A DNA stretch of 63,387 nt, filler included, from Rhabdomonas costata (Eukaryota), in NCBI GenBank assembly GCA_019059605.1. It is 32 parts of 32 records of this genome, joined end to end, with 100 filler letters (N's around TTAATTAATTAA, not from the genome) between each part and the next. Parts side by side here need not be neighbours in the genome. Positions count along the whole stretch, not along the records: positions 49,602 to 51,484 come from JAHMHO010007800.1; positions 51,585 to 53,467 come from JAHMHO010007801.1; positions 53,568 to 55,449 come from JAHMHO010007802.1; positions 55,550 to 57,432 come from JAHMHO010007803.1; positions 57,533 to 59,414 come from JAHMHO010007804.1; positions 59,515 to 61,404 come from JAHMHO010007805.1; positions 61,505 to 63,387 come from JAHMHO010007806.1; 25 more parts are not named here. One strand, 5' to 3'. The notes below the pieces were generated by a model that saw only the letters and a program-made list of their open reading frames with translations, did not search any database and was not told the origin of the DNA. The translations under genes were made by a program, and so were the position numbers. Below are positions 50,366-63,387 of the stretch, piece after piece. Each line of letters starts with the position of its first letter. The first letter of the stretch is position 1.

Positions 50366-51197
50366 ATGAACCTTGTTGAGAAAGCCGACGCGACCGAGGC
50401 CAACGTGGACACCTTCGACCTGTTTCTGCGGCAGCACGAGTTCCGGCAGACCTTTGTGGCGGTGCACCACCTGAAGGAGTGCCCCGTGGACCCCAAGTTC
50501 TGCCCCAAGGCCACGGTGGGGGCAGTGTGCGCCGCGCTGCTTGTGGTTCGCCGCAATCTGGTTGTGCTTCGGCTGCGAAACTACGTCTATCGAGTTCGGC
50601 AGGTGCAACGGTGGTTCCGGCGTTGGCTGGCCGCGCGCAACTCGGCGCTAGAGATGGTTTGCGCACGATCACCTCTGATTTTTCCGTTTTAAGGACTTTG
50701 TGGGCGTTTGTGTATCTTTGGATGCACACGAAATCCTTGGAAATGTCCTTATTTTTCTTTAACCTTACAGCCAGATTTTTTTAACATGGCGCGGATGAGT
50801 CATTCATGATGAGACAATGGGCCACTGTGTTGTGAGAACCGTTTTTAAAGTTTTTTGTGGGGTTGGTCAGACTCTCATAAGGGTTTGCTTCTGCACACCG
50901 CCATCCAGGGCACGTCGCTCATGAGGTAGGTGGGAAACGGCGTGCCGACTCCAGCTTTCCACTCAACCAAGTCGCTTTGTCCTGTCATCGTCCTCAAAGG
51001 ATGCATGCGCTGGGGGCCGGTTAGAGTGCGTTGCCAACCAGAATTTCCGCGCTCTTCCCACCGTGCTCCGCAGGGGTCCCTCCTCTCACCACCACCACTA
51101 TCACAAAACCTGCTCCTTCCCCCGCCAGGTCATTCAGCGCTGGGAGCAATCGGAAGGGGAGCTTCGGGACTTGATGAGGGCAGAGAACTACAAGGAC
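50366..51197 (+). CDS. IQ-motif-containing protein, exons about 50366-50656 and 51129-51197
   Basis: VRQVQRWFRRWLAAR is IQ-like; in-frame splice EM|VIQRWEQ. Confidence 0.6.
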
Positions 51198-53312
51198 TGT
51201 AGGTCTGTGTGGCCTCCGCGTTTCTGCTTCCCGTCGACCCCACCAAGTAATTTGGTTTCTCACTGAAGTACGTTGAACCGTAAACTCAGAACTGCACCCC
51301 AACACATGGCTGGGTTTAAACCCATTCTTCACGAGCAGCCGCTTACGCAATCTCACAATTTGTTTCAAAAGAAAGATCAACACAAGCACGGAATCACCGG
51401 GAAAAGATCGCGCCTTCGGCTCAGTAACTCTTCGAAGCATTCCATACATGCATGTACATAACTGCTTTTTAGGTCCAACCCCAANNNNNNNNNNNNNNNN
51501 NNNNNNNNNNNNNNNNNNNNNNNNNNNNTTAATTAATTAANNNNNNNNNNNNNNNNNNNNNNNNNNNNNNNNNNNNNNNNNNNNGTGGGGGTTTGTGACC
51601 AGAGCATCGGTTCGAATTCCGGGACATTGATGTTTGCGTACAGCAGGGAGGGAGGTCCTCAGCGGTCCCTTGACCGCGGGAGGCACCAAAACCACCCCTT
51701 CTCTTTCTGCTTCCCGCATCCGGGGGCTCTACTTTGAGGTGTGGAGAACCCCATCGCAGGGCAGTTCGCCCTCCACGGCGCTGTCGCAGTGCTCGAGAAG
51801 AGCCCTGGACGGGCCGTCGATGGGAAGCACGGAGAGAGCCTCCGCAAACCACGGCCGCGCGGACTGAGGGTCACCCCCCAGAAAGGCGGCGATTCCCTGC
51901 GAAATCGGAACAGGAAAGAAAAAGACCATGCCCAATGCTGATACAAGCGAAGGTGCGAAGGTATTGGGGGCCAAGGTAGAAGGCATGTCTGCTTCCATGG
52001 CCCCTCCCCGCCCCGCTTTTTATCAATTTTTTCTTACAACGTGTTAAGCTTGCTCTCAAACCTCCCCCGTTTCCGAAAAAGGAAATTGAAAAATTCGTCG
52101 CTTGACAGTTTTATTCGATGCTTAGATGCAAAGACATCAGATCCCGAAGCCAGCCGGTTCACAACACTCCGGAACAAAAACCTTCCTTGGGTACCCCCAG
52201 AGGTACCCAGACGGCAGGACCCTTTTTTACAGTTAGCAGCGCAAAAAGCACAGTGACATTCAAATTTACAATCATTACCAAATTTTGAGGTCGGTCGGTG
52301 TATATTTTTCGCTAGTGCGGTACCCAAACAACAGCAATGTCTAGGCCTGTTATACCACCACATTTCGGCCACCGTCCTGGGCAAAGTGTCGCGGAAGTCA
52401 ATTCCGGCTTCACGGACCCCGCCCCATACCCCCCAATCTTTTTTTGGTCCGAAAAGCGATTTCAATAAAAAGCGCTGTGCTGGGCAATTTCGCAGGATAC
52501 CTCCGCCGTATCACACCCGCGAACGTACCCGCAAAAGGGGAAAGCAGAATCGCAGAAACAAGAGCGACCTTCTCGTACAGGTTCGCCGCTCGCAGAACAA
52601 GCTCGCGGCGTACCCGCTGCCAGCGATACAGCATCATCGGACTTACTGCCCCTGGTGGAGAAGTGGTACCCGGAAGGAATGAAGGCCAGTGTGTATGTGT
52701 GTAGAGCGTACGGCGCGCTGCTGTTGGCACTCAGTTTTGATTTTTAATCCAGAATCTCATAAACTCCGCCAAAAATTCCTTCCTTACAAATCTTACAATG
52801 CTCCAAACTAACAAGTCAAGCACAGCGGGACTAAGCCGAAATGGGCGCGTGGTCTTTCGCAATTCAGCAGCATTACCGAAACGCTGCAGCGAAAGGTTAT
52901 TGGGATGACAGGTTTCCTGAACCTCGACCGGTTCCCACAGGGATTGGAAAAGCCACCAAAGGAAAAAAATCCGGACTCCCACGGGAACACGGGGACTGTT
53001 CTTCCATGGGCAAATCCGGAACTAATAGAGCAGACAACCACACCTGGGCCCCGAAAACCAGGAGGGAGCAGAATTGCTCTAGGTTTGGTGCTGTAATTGG
53101 AATGGCTCTGCTCAGCATTTAGCAGTGGTAGAAATCAAAGAAGCCGCTGGACTTGTCGGATTTCTTTTTTGCAGCGCAGAAACGGGCGATGAAACGCAAC
53201 CCGATGAGCTTATTACACTGTTTCCTAATTTGCGAAATGGATCTTGATTGATTTCGTCAAGATTCAGGGAGTCCGCTTCTTTGACAACGCCTTAAAAAAT
53301 GAATGCAGGCAC

Positions 53313-53466
53313 CGGAGCCATCCGAGGACGCTTTTTCGCACAGCAGCTCGTACACGGCAACCACCTCGACCTTGCCGGGGACGGCAATACGCCCCAGCTT
53401 TCGGAACAAAAACCCCCGCTCTGCACCTTCCATAGTGCTTTCCGAGACCATCGCCACAGTCCCGTA
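53313..53466 (-). CDS. Class III adenylate/guanylate cyclase, C-terminal part of the catalytic domain (partial)
   Basis: YGTVAMVSESTM...FLFRKLGRIAVPGKVEVVAVYELL matches yGt.ilvSe.T....f..R.lg.i.VkGk...v.vYEl. Confidence 0.85.
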
Positions 53467-53838
53467 GNNNNNNNNNNNNNNNNNNNNNNNNNNNNNNNNN
53501 NNNNNNNNNNNTTAATTAATTAANNNNNNNNNNNNNNNNNNNNNNNNNNNNNNNNNNNNNNNNNNNNTGTGTGGTGTGTTTGGTGGGTTTTGAAGCACTC
53601 TTCAGCAGGTCACACCATGTTTGTGATGCTCCGATGGAAGTGAACATCATCATCCGGATCCGGGTTCTGTGTCCACTGGATGTGTTGATGTTGTGTTTTT
53701 TCCGGAGTTTTTTCTCCCTCTCTTTGCACTTGAATTTTCCTTTGGGTTCTTGTATCTCTAAACAGACTGTCAACCTTGCTGAGATGTGTGTGTGTTTTGT
53801 CGTAGCAAAGCTGGTGGGTGGTGGGGACATGTTGGCAG

Positions 53839-54838
53839 GTATGCCACTTGAAGGGGGATGGGATTGCTGCGAACCCGGTGAAGGCCGTGGAGTTCTTCCG
53901 GCAAGCTGCGGCGCAGGGCCACCGCAGCGGGCGGTTCAACCTCGCTGTGTGCCTGCTGACGGGCACCGGAGTGGAAAAGGACGAGACTCAGGCCGTGCAG
54001 CAGCTGATGGAGCTGGCTAACTCCGCCGGCCACTCCGGCGCCATGTTGATGCTCGGTATGTGTGGTGGCTCTTGTCCTTATGAGGTGGCTTTGTGAACGG
54101 CGACTGTGTGTGAGACTCCAGGGGGGTTGTATGGTTCAAGGCTGCGAGATAATGTTCTCCAGGCGCACGGCAATTGTCATGATTTAAAGCCAAAGCCAAA
54201 TGCTGCTTCTGTGTTCGTTTTAGCACGGACGACACGTGGTGCTCTAAGTATCCCAGTGTATCGCGCAAGCAGATGGAAGGTTTCGACACACGCGCATCCC
54301 CTTCTGTGCGCTGGTTCCTGTTCCCTTCTAGGCAATCCCCAAGTGCGCTGAAAACGAGAGCACTCATTGACACGCAAACAAGCATACCATTTCGGTATTT
54401 CTTCGAGCAATGGCACCACCTCCACCGCCCTCAGCAGGTTGTCTTGACCTAAGTGCGAGCTTCCTCTTGCCCCATCTTCCACACCACCATGTCTTCCCCT
54501 CTGCTTTCTACAACTCCGCTTCTTCCATTTTTGTTGTTCTCTGCAGTTTATATTTTCCCCAACCCCCGTTGCTTTTTTTTTGCGAGGTGGGGGTACATTC
54601 TCTTTCTAGGGAACTGCTACCGTGCCGGCCGGGGGGTTCCCCGGGACGAGGCCCAGGCCTTGCATTGGCTGCAGCGTGCCGCCTCCCAGGGCAACCTAGA
54701 TGCCCAGGCTCAGCTTGCCTCGGACCACGTGCAGCCCCCAGCGGGCTCCAGCCCCGCGAGCACAGCCTCCTCCTCCCCCTCCTCTTCCACCTCCAAGGCC
54801 TCCGCTCCCGCCGATCCGTCAGAGGAGGAGTCCGAGAA
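53839..54838 (+). CDS. Sel1-like repeat protein, exons 53839-54055 and 54610-about 54838
   Basis: GDGIAANPVKAVEFFRQAAAQGH; FNLAVCLLTGTGVEKD; LG|NCYRAGRGVPRDEAQALHWLQRAASQGNLDAQ. Confidence 0.93.
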
Positions 54839-55402
54839 GTGCGCCTGCTCGCCCACCCCCGACCGCCGCTTCTTTCCTTTTTTATGAGGAGGGGGGAGGA
54901 CACAGGGGTTTTTTTGCCAATCATTGCTCTTGCAGAGTCACCGCATTGCCGTTTTTTTGTCCGTGTGCAAGAAGAAGTCCCCTTACGTAGATGCACATAC
55001 GGCGGCCCAACTCCTGGCAATCCCAAACACCACCCAAACACCACCTTCAGACCGCCCCCCATCTCATGTGTTCCCTCTCATCTGAACACGGCCCCGCCGT
55101 GGTGCAGTGGTTAGTCCACTGAATCTATTCTCATCGCACTCGCACACGCGTCTCCCGCGAACGGCATCTTAAAACAGGTGAAACAGCAGGTTAGTCAGGA
55201 TCTGTTGGTAGCTCACCATGAGGAACTTTCTAAAATCCTGAAAAGAGGATTTTTACGATTGTGGCGTGACAAACCATTTTCAACAAAAAGCACAAGGCCC
55301 ACTAATTTAGGCATTACGTATGAGAAGAGGGCGTGTGAAAGAGAGCTTTGATACGGGAAGGAGAGGGAAGGAACCAGAACACAAGGGGGAATGAACGGAG
55401 GA

Positions 55403-55433
<31 letters not shown>

Positions 55434-58400
55434 CAGGTGACCACAAAACNNNNNNNNNNNNNNNNNNNNNNNNNNNNNNNNNNNNNNNNNNNNTTAATTA
55501 ATTAANNNNNNNNNNNNNNNNNNNNNNNNNNNNNNNNNNNNNNNNNNNNTTTTTTGGGGTTTGCGTTTGTTTCAGGACTCCTCGTTCTTTTAGGAATGTT
55601 GCTTCGGATCGGCAAGGTGCCTTCTTTTTTCTTTTGGCTTTTTCTTTCTCTGTCTCTCAGCGCCTCTTCCTTTCCATCTGCGACTGGGGTGATTGACAGA
55701 ATGCTGGCCTCGTCTTCGTCACACGTTTGTCGATCCTTTTCGTAAGTACGTGAGATTCCTGGAGGGTTTTCCCAGGGTGTTCCCAAGCTTCTGTCGTGCA
55801 TCTTTCGTCATGACTTCTCTGCAGCACTCTTACTCTCCCTGTTTCCTTTCCGCTGTCGTGGTTTGCTACTGTATCACTGCGCTCTTCTGCACTGGTACCT
55901 TTTCTGGCTTATCTTTGGTTGGCGAGGATTCAGACTGGGATTGGTTGGATCTACCCGATAAGGAGCAGTCGTCTTTCCTACCAAGAAGCAGCAAAGCACC
56001 GATGCAAAGTTGGGAGCAGATGTACCATCTCAATTATCGCAGTTAAATGTTCGTTTTTCCTGCTTTGTTTTTTGCGATTAAGTTCAAAAGGTCGGTTCTT
56101 TTAACAGTTTTTGCCCGCTCGGGTAAGTGGACAAGAACATGTTTGTGGAGAATGGGTTGATGCTAACATGTGGTATTGGAAAAGTTGGTCTGTGCTGCCA
56201 TAGCGCACGTGCATACTCAGTGCTAACCACTACTGGTCAGCCCTATTCGTCTCCGTTTTGAAGCTTGTAGTGGGCATAACAGTATAACAGTGTCCTGTGC
56301 ACTGTTGTGAAGTCTGGCCATGTTGCTGTCAGCACTTCGTCGTGGTTCTCAGCTGAGTCAAAAGGTACGACTCAAAGTGCACGCATAAATTCGGACGTCT
56401 TATATGCGTCGTGTTGGCAAGGGTTTGTAGTTTTAAGACTGCCCCCTTCCCTTACCTTCCCGCCCTTCAAAGGTTTCCAAAATTCTTTCACCGTTTACGG
56501 CCATCTTGAAAGTTCCTGGTCGTTCAATATTGTTGCAGCACCTTCGCCGCCTGTCTCTCAGGAGCTATCACGGCACATATCCGAACCTTTCTAACTTATG
56601 CACAGGCGTAGCGCTCTGCTTCTTTTTTCTTTGGAGTGTACTGTTTTTGGAGATGTCTTGAGCCTGGGCAGAAAGGCTCGAAACCCGACCAGCAAAAAAA
56701 TGGCGAGCTCCAGCGCACCCCCACTTCCTGCTGATGTGTGTGCAACCCCATTTAGGTTTATGCCATGCCCTTTCATGATGTTTTCTTCGCTTCGCGCCCG
56801 TTGTCGTACATCTAACGGCCCTGCCCTCACTGGATGCCAAGTAAACCTCTTCTCAGGATTTAGCTCACTACGCCGCCCCCCCCCCTCATGCCGGAACAGT
56901 CGATAGCGGTTAATTTAAACTGTCAGACATCTTTCTGCTTGCTACTGAACCTCAAAGTAAAGGTGTTCGGAAAGCTGTGTGTGCGTCCTGTGGTTTGGTT
57001 GTTTGGAGCACTACGAGCAAGTTTCCCTCTATAGGCATAAGTCGCCTCCTAACGTCATGTGCCCTCGTTTCACATCATCGCCATGAAGTGCTCTTTTTCT
57101 TTTGCGGGCACCCTCTTTTTTGTTGCTCTTTCGTCTCACCCTCTCTTCCTTTCTTCTCTCGGTGTGTTGCACCGGCTTGGTTTTGATAAGCCGAAACAGG
57201 TTGTGATATAGCCCAACATCGTCTTTGTGGACGCCGGGAAACGAAAACTTCGGAAAACCACTCAACTGCCCTTTATGATAGGCATTGAAAAGGCCGCTTC
57301 TGAGGTCCTCCTCAATCTTATCCCGGACTTGGTCGAGCCTTAGCGAGTTCTTTCTGCTTTGATGGTGCTCTGTTTTGCTTTTGCCAGCACCGCGTCCTCG
57401 CGGGTTCGCCCTCCGTGGTCACGCGAGGATGCNNNNNNNNNNNNNNNNNNNNNNNNNNNNNNNNNNNNNNNNNNNNTTAATTAATTAANNNNNNNNNNNN
57501 NNNNNNNNNNNNNNNNNNNNNNNNNNNNNNNNTGGGTGGGGGGAGATCAAGGGGCGAACGCATTCTGAACGGGAAATCGATTCCTCGCAAGAAATGAACG
57601 AACAAACTCAGGGAGCGGTCACAGGAAGAAATCCTAAGAGAGTGGGAGCACAAGTAAAGAAGAAGAAGAAGAAGAAGAAATGCACAGCAAGGTTGGAAAT
57701 TGTACAGACCGCTTAAAAACTGAGGATATAAACTGAAAACCAATGTTAAAGAGTATGGGAAACATCACCGCGGGCAGGAGCAGCTGTTCGGTTTTGATTC
57801 TTCGACCCTTTTTTAACTATGAAGTCGGAAATTCTCTCCTTTGAAGGATTTTGAAGATAAGAAGACAATATTACCGGGTGTTTCATTAAAATGGCACTGT
57901 ATCGTTAACAGTAGCCTCTCGATGAGCTGATCATAACGGATAACGAAGACAGAACCCATAGTGTAATTATGGTCGGCTTTTTCGACCCTTAAGGGTCCAC
58001 TGTAGCGAAGAAAAATGTTGAGGATTGGGGTTTGGTGTTGGGGGCCAAACTCCCTACCTCCCTACCTCCCTACCTACAAACCCCCTACGCCCCGTCCAGG
58101 AATGCGATCGTGCGCGTTTTGGGGGAAACGTTGTGCACGAGGCTCCACGAGAAGAACGATGTTTCCCTGAGCATTTAAACGGCCGAAATGCTTGCAATAA
58201 AATCATCTAAACTGTAGCCCACGGGCTCGGAAAACGTCACCAAAACCGGGAAATTTTGCACTTAACAGTGGTCAACGGTCAGCCATCAGTGTTGAACGCA
58301 AAAGGGTAGTTTTTCAGCTTTCCATTCTAGCTCCTTGTGCACGAACTTTCTTACAAAGCGCCGCAAAAATGGCACTGGGCTTACTGCCCCACCAAAACTA

Positions 58401-61072
58401 AGGTTGAACCTGTGTTGTCGTTCGTAAATTCAAATTACGCAGTTGACAGCTCAAGCTCTTGGTCAGGCTTCTGTTCCAACTGGTCCCAGCCGTCTTTTTG
58501 AAGGAGGTTTTTAACCAATGGGTTATGCTTCATCAGACTCTTGTGAACCTTTATGCCGCCCACCTCAAGCATGGCTGAAGCAAGGGAACCACACTTTTGT
58601 GTCCATGGAGAAAAAGGAAAGGGCACGGTGCAAGACAAACGGCATGAAGGCAGAAAAACATACACGCGCACATACACACACAGCCCAACGACCGTGTGGC
58701 AACGCGTTTTTCCTACCGGCCCCGACAAACATTGCCCGAACCACATATACCACCCCAAACAACCAGAAATGAGTCCTTCAAGCTATGGGGCCACGGGAGG
58801 GCGATGCTCCACGCAAATGCGAAGGGGCATCTATCGCATGCTTTGCAAGGGAGTGTTTGGGGAAAAGCAAAGGGAAATACACACGCACCGGATGGAAAAT
58901 GACCCGCGCAGGTTATGAGAATGTGTACAAGGTGGGGACGCGATGTCACCTCCCTCTCGGCAGGATTACAAAGACACTGCCATAAAAAGAAACACACCTA
59001 GCACGCCCAAGGCACCAAGGACGGTCACAGGAGGCTGCCACGCACCCTTCGCACCGCACTCACATACACAAGAAAAAATTCACCAGAAAGGAATTGAAGG
59101 CCAAGGAAGCCCTTTCAACAACCCTTCCAAACGCTGATCGGCAATCACACAGCAGCTTTCGGAAACCTTCCAGGTGTAGACCACGGGACACGCAATCATC
59201 AAAGGTCCACAAAAGGAACCTGTAACCCAGTGGGGTACCTCTCCATGATCCCCTGCAGAGCTGACAACCTTGTCTGAGTGTCATTCCGCACCCCCACGCT
59301 TACCTGAGGCTGGCCACACAGAATTCTTTCCTGTGCAGCCGAAACCTCCAAGCCAATCCCAGTCGCTCCCGCGGTGGTCGCAGCGTGACCAACACCACGA
59401 GAAGACGGGGACGGNNNNNNNNNNNNNNNNNNNNNNNNNNNNNNNNNNNNNNNNNNNNTTAATTAATTAANNNNNNNNNNNNNNNNNNNNNNNNNNNNNN
59501 NNNNNNNNNNNNNNTCGGGTTCCTCTTCTCTCTTCGGAGGGCGGTTTTGAAGGTAGCTAGGTAAGGGTCTGCGGATCCAGGACAAGGTCGGTAGTGGTAG
59601 AAAGGACTTTCTTCATAATACGCGCTGCACGAAATAAGCAAGCCAACGTATCCCAGTAGCTGCGAGTAGTAAGGGCTGGTCACCCTGAAGTTCAACGTCT
59701 GGGTTGTGCGGTGGTGTCAGGTTCGCCTGGAAATACGTGTGTATGTTACCTTGAGTGGCACAGTGCTGTTCCAGGGGGCGGTCCCTCTGACGAAAGACCT
59801 AGTGATGGATGCTAGGCTATGGCGTAAACCAGCCCCATGATGAGGTAAGGCGCACGATAACCGGTGGAACGGTATGGGTATATGCGTATATCACACCCAA
59901 GTACACTCAAGTCGTGATGCTGAACCCGATCTTGGCGTGGGAGGTGAGCTTGCTGGGTAACCATACCTATACGTATGGCAATGCCTGTGAGCCTCTCAGA
60001 GACTGGCGCCCTATCAACATCTCACATGAACCTAAGTGCAGGACTCATGGATGTAGTAGAACCATGCGTAAGGGCATACGGTACAACACACCAAGAGGAA
60101 CCCACGTGTAGTAGTAGTGGCGATGATGATAGTGGTCGTAGCGATCATACCCACTGTTGGTAGCATCACCACATCAGATGGCATAGCACCACAGCTGGCA
60201 ACTATACGCTCGATCTACACACTCACACCAACCCTATCGTGGTGGCTGTACTCTATCCCTTACGTTAGAGTCAGTACGCACATAGAGGTAAAGGGTGATG
60301 TTGTCGTAGCATCGATGCTGTAGCGTATGATCGTACCAAGCACCAACACCCCAACCCACCACAGGCAATGATGCGTAGTGGAGGTCGCCGAGACCGACCA
60401 TGACACACACCTGATGGTTTAAGGGTTGATGGAGTGGATGTGTGCTTGAGACCTGATGCTGGCTACGACGCTGGTCAATGGGTAACGCTACGGCAATCCC
60501 TAACCACCATGTCAGATCCACGCATCGGTTACCAGTGACCACCCTCAACGTAGGGATGATGTGATGCAAGGTGAAATGCCCACCTGATGCAACGGCTGAT
60601 GCTGATGCTGATGTCGATGCTGTCATGGTGAGAGGCGTAAACCCACCACATGTCCCAACCATGCGTAGAGGGAATGGTACTGGTGATGACCAAGGGCGTA
60701 TTCCCACCGCAAGAGGGAGTCACCTTACGCTAACAGCAGGAGAGGAAGGTGCAATGCCAACTCCGACGTAAGGCTGATGGATGATGCGTATGTTAAACGC
60801 TGAACCAACCCCCGGTGACAGAAACGCCCCTCCACCCAACATCCCACGTAAAGGTGAGAGATGCCATGGATACCTCGACGCAAGGCACAAGGGGACCCAG
60901 ATGCATGAAACCCTGATGTGAGAAAGATGCGAAGAGGAGCCCGCCGAGGGCGACACGTGATCGACAGAACGTATAGAAGGGTGTTGGAGGAACGTAGCGC
61001 CTTATGGCGTGGAGTGACGACCAGGGTAGAATGCCTTGATGTCGCATGCTCGGTACCTCGCATGCTCCAGGG

Positions 61073-61404
61073 GGTTCTTGCTGTCGTCGATGCTCACTAC
61101 GTTCGCATCTCCTCCTAAATGCAGTGGTTCGGTCGCTCCACCGCGGTGCGGCTACGCTCCCTCACAGATACAGAAGATGTTGCTTGTCACTCGGTCGCTG
61201 CGCTCCCTCGTTCCTGTATCCTGTCGGCATTCACTACGTTCATGCCTCCAAACCCCACTCACTGCGTTTCGTGGGGGCCCTAAGGTTCTTGATGTCGTCG
61301 ATGCTCACTGCGTTCGCATCTCCTCCTAGAAGTGATGGTTCATGCATTCCACCGGCATAAGCCGCTTACATGCATTCACCTTCTACAGATACCCCACTCA
61401 CTGC
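61073..61404. repeat. Degenerate direct repeat, period about 211 bp
   Basis: GGTTCTTG(C/A)TGTCGTCGATGCTCACT(A/G)CGTTCGCATCTCCTCCTA at 61073 and 61284; CCCCACTCACTGC occurs twice. Confidence 0.8.
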
Positions 61405-61565
61405 NNNNNNNNNNNNNNNNNNNNNNNNNNNNNNNNNNNNNNNNNNNNTTAATTAATTAANNNNNNNNNNNNNNNNNNNNNNNNNNNNNNNNNNNNNNNN
61501 NNNNTTGTTTGTTGTTGGAATTTTGCATTTTCTTTGGCTACTGCTTGTTTCCTGTCTCTATGCAG

Positions 61566-63256
61566 ATTGTCACATCGTGGGATAAGACAGTGAAGGTATG
61601 GGAGATTCAAAAGTCCCAGCAAGGTCCAATTGTTGCCTGTAATGCGGTGAAGGGCCCAGAGCACTCCCACGACCTGCCCGTGCTCTGTTCCGCCGTGTCC
61701 CGGGACGCCCGAGTATTCTCTGGAGGCTGTGACAAAGTGGTGAAGTGCTGGGAGCTCGGCTCGCAGGGCAAGGCGCCGTATCCAGTTGCGGGGGTGTGTT
61801 TCTGCCCTATTGAAACTAACACTTAACGAAAAAAATCGAGGCAACTCCCAAGTCAATGAGCACCTTTTTTTTTTTTGAGATTGCTCCTTTGAGAGTACTT
61901 CTGAAAATCAGATTGCAACAATCCAGGCAAACTGAAGACTTTTTCATTCGCAATTGTTTCTCAGCATGATCAGCCAGTGAAGTGCGTCTCCTATGTTGAG
62001 GAGGTGTGCGTATGGTTGTTGATTTGGAATTCGTTACACCAATTTCTGACAAGGATGTTACGCGTTTTCTCGTGGTTGTTGTTCTGCGCAGGGATCCTTT
62101 CTGATCACTGCGGGGTGGGATTCAACGGTGAAGTTTTGGGACTTGCGGACGCCGCAGCCTGTTGGGCAGCTTTCCATTCCGGGTAGCGCCGTGGATATGG
62201 ATGTGACATTCCCCATGGCGACTTTCTTGGCTCCCCGGGAGATCTTGATCTATGACCTTCAGTCCAGAAGGGAAATCAAGGTTGCCCTTTGCTCGAGTCA
62301 CCCACTCGCATTGAGCATTTTCCCGTTATTTTCCGTTGCTTCGGATTCGGCCCTTCCCGGCAAGTTGTTGTTTTTGCTATTTTTTTTTGGCCGATGAGCC
62401 TTCGGCCTTTGGACTGCAGGCATGGGATTTCGCATGAGGCACTTTTCATTCAGAAAATGGAGCCCCACCACACGATGAAGGAGCAGCTGCGGTGCATCGG
62501 AAACTTCCCGGACGTAAAGGTTCTTTGCCGTCCTTTGTTTCTGCGCCCCCCCCCCCCAATCATGCCGCCCTCCATCCTTCCTCCGAGCTTTTGTGTCGTC
62601 CTATTCCAGTTTTTGTTCAGCACACCTCCCCCATTGTGTTGGGGCCTTGTGCGCTTTATGTAGCATTTCCCTCGTTCCTCTGTCGCGCTGGAGCCTAGTG
62701 GTGTTCGAGAGTGTTGCAGCGTTGGTTCTACTCGTTAAGATTCTGTTATTTGTCTCCTCCTTTTTCTCCTCCTTTTTCTGTGCTTCTGTGTCTTCCTGTT
62801 GACAAGCCTCTTGGCGCTGTGCTGCTGAATACCCTAGTACTCTGTCCTGTTAAGATAAAAATGTAGTCCTGGAGTGGGTGGGGTCTCCTCTCTGCCATGC
62901 AGAACAATCCGGGCTTCGCCGCTGGTTCCATCGAGGGTCGAGTGTGCATCATGTACATGAACGACACACCCCAGGTTCGCCCTCTACCCACCCCACATTT
63001 TCCCATCTCTTCTCTTCCACTCTCTTTTAAGGGTCTTGTGGGGGGGCTTTCTCACCTCTTGCCAGCAGTCCGAGTGCACCATCTTCCCTCTTGCGCTTCA
63101 TAGAACTCCAAAAACTTCAGCTTCAAGTGCCACCGCGAGAACAACGGAATCGATGTGTATGCCGTCCACGCCATTAGCTTTCATCCGACGTTTGGGACCT
63201 TCTCCACCGTCGGGGGCAACGGCAACCTTTCCTTCTGGGACAAAGACGCTAAACAG
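61566..63256 (+). CDS. RAE1: mRNA export factor Rae1/Gle2 (WD40), exons 61566-61793, 61965-62003, 62092-62280, 62454-about 62513, 62903-62974, 63104-63256
   Basis: [64 protein letters not shown]...[33 protein letters not shown] (WDKD favours Rae1 over Bub3). Confidence 0.95.
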
Positions 63257-63387
63257 GTGAGCACCTCTGTCTCTCCCCACCCCCCTCATTTTGAAGCGCA
63301 TCCAACCGATTCTTCCCAAAAGGCGCCACAGACAGCGACGTAGTTAGTGATTGGAGGTGAGAATCGTAAAAACGTCCACAACAACCC

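Noticed and set aside
51590-51626. B-box/T-arm-like GGTTCGAATTCC
   Set aside because: 5' half missing at the contig edge and acceptor stem not verifiable; cannot call a tRNA or SINE
55096-55166. tRNA-like segment (GCCGTGGTGCAGTGGTTAG...ACGGCA)
   Set aside because: A-box-like start and partial acceptor pairing, but no TTC T-loop and no proper anticodon stem
59800-60920. Possible C/D-box snoRNA cluster (many TGATGA/CTGA-like words)
   Set aside because: Box spacing is inconsistent and I could not identify rRNA-complementary guides by eye; snoscan or Infernal would be needed
1886-61504. Regularly spaced identical TTAATTAATTAA with unique spacers (CRISPR-like or nanochromosome-like periodicity)
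   Set aside because: Flanked by N runs; it is an artificial linker, and the equal spacing reflects contigs grouped by length

Overview
This is not contiguous DNA. It is a pseudo-scaffold of 32 unrelated contigs of near-identical length (about 1.88 kb), joined by an artificial 100-bp linker (N44-TTAATTAATTAA-N44, stops in all six frames), so gene neighbourhood across linkers is meaningless. Many contig ends carry G/T-only (or C/A-only) primer remnants typical of adaptor-based whole-genome amplification. The DNA is from an intron-rich eukaryote with GT-AG and at least two GC-AG introns; euglenozoan/euglenid origin is my inference. Recognisable gene fragments: PPR protein, PIG-L/LmbE-like deacetylase, F-box protein, PyrI-type Zn domain of aspartate carbamoyltransferase, DHHC palmitoyltransferase, TPR protein, Venus-flytrap receptor ectodomain, RraA-family protein, kinesin motor, IQ-motif protein, class III nucleotide cyclase, Sel1-repeat protein and Rae1/Gle2. 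There are also relics of a CRE-type non-LTR retrotransposon and of tyrosine-recombinase retroelements, plus a long imperfect inverted repeat. Best leads: an intron-preceded, bacterial PyrBI-fusion-like regulatory domain; a 324-codon uncharacterised ORF converging on an unfinished DHHC gene across a telomere-like array; a foldback element; and one compositionally odd contig (59515-61404). I found no complete novel multi-gene system, and none could be shown from 1.9-kb fragments. All protein calls are by eye from motifs, not from database searches.
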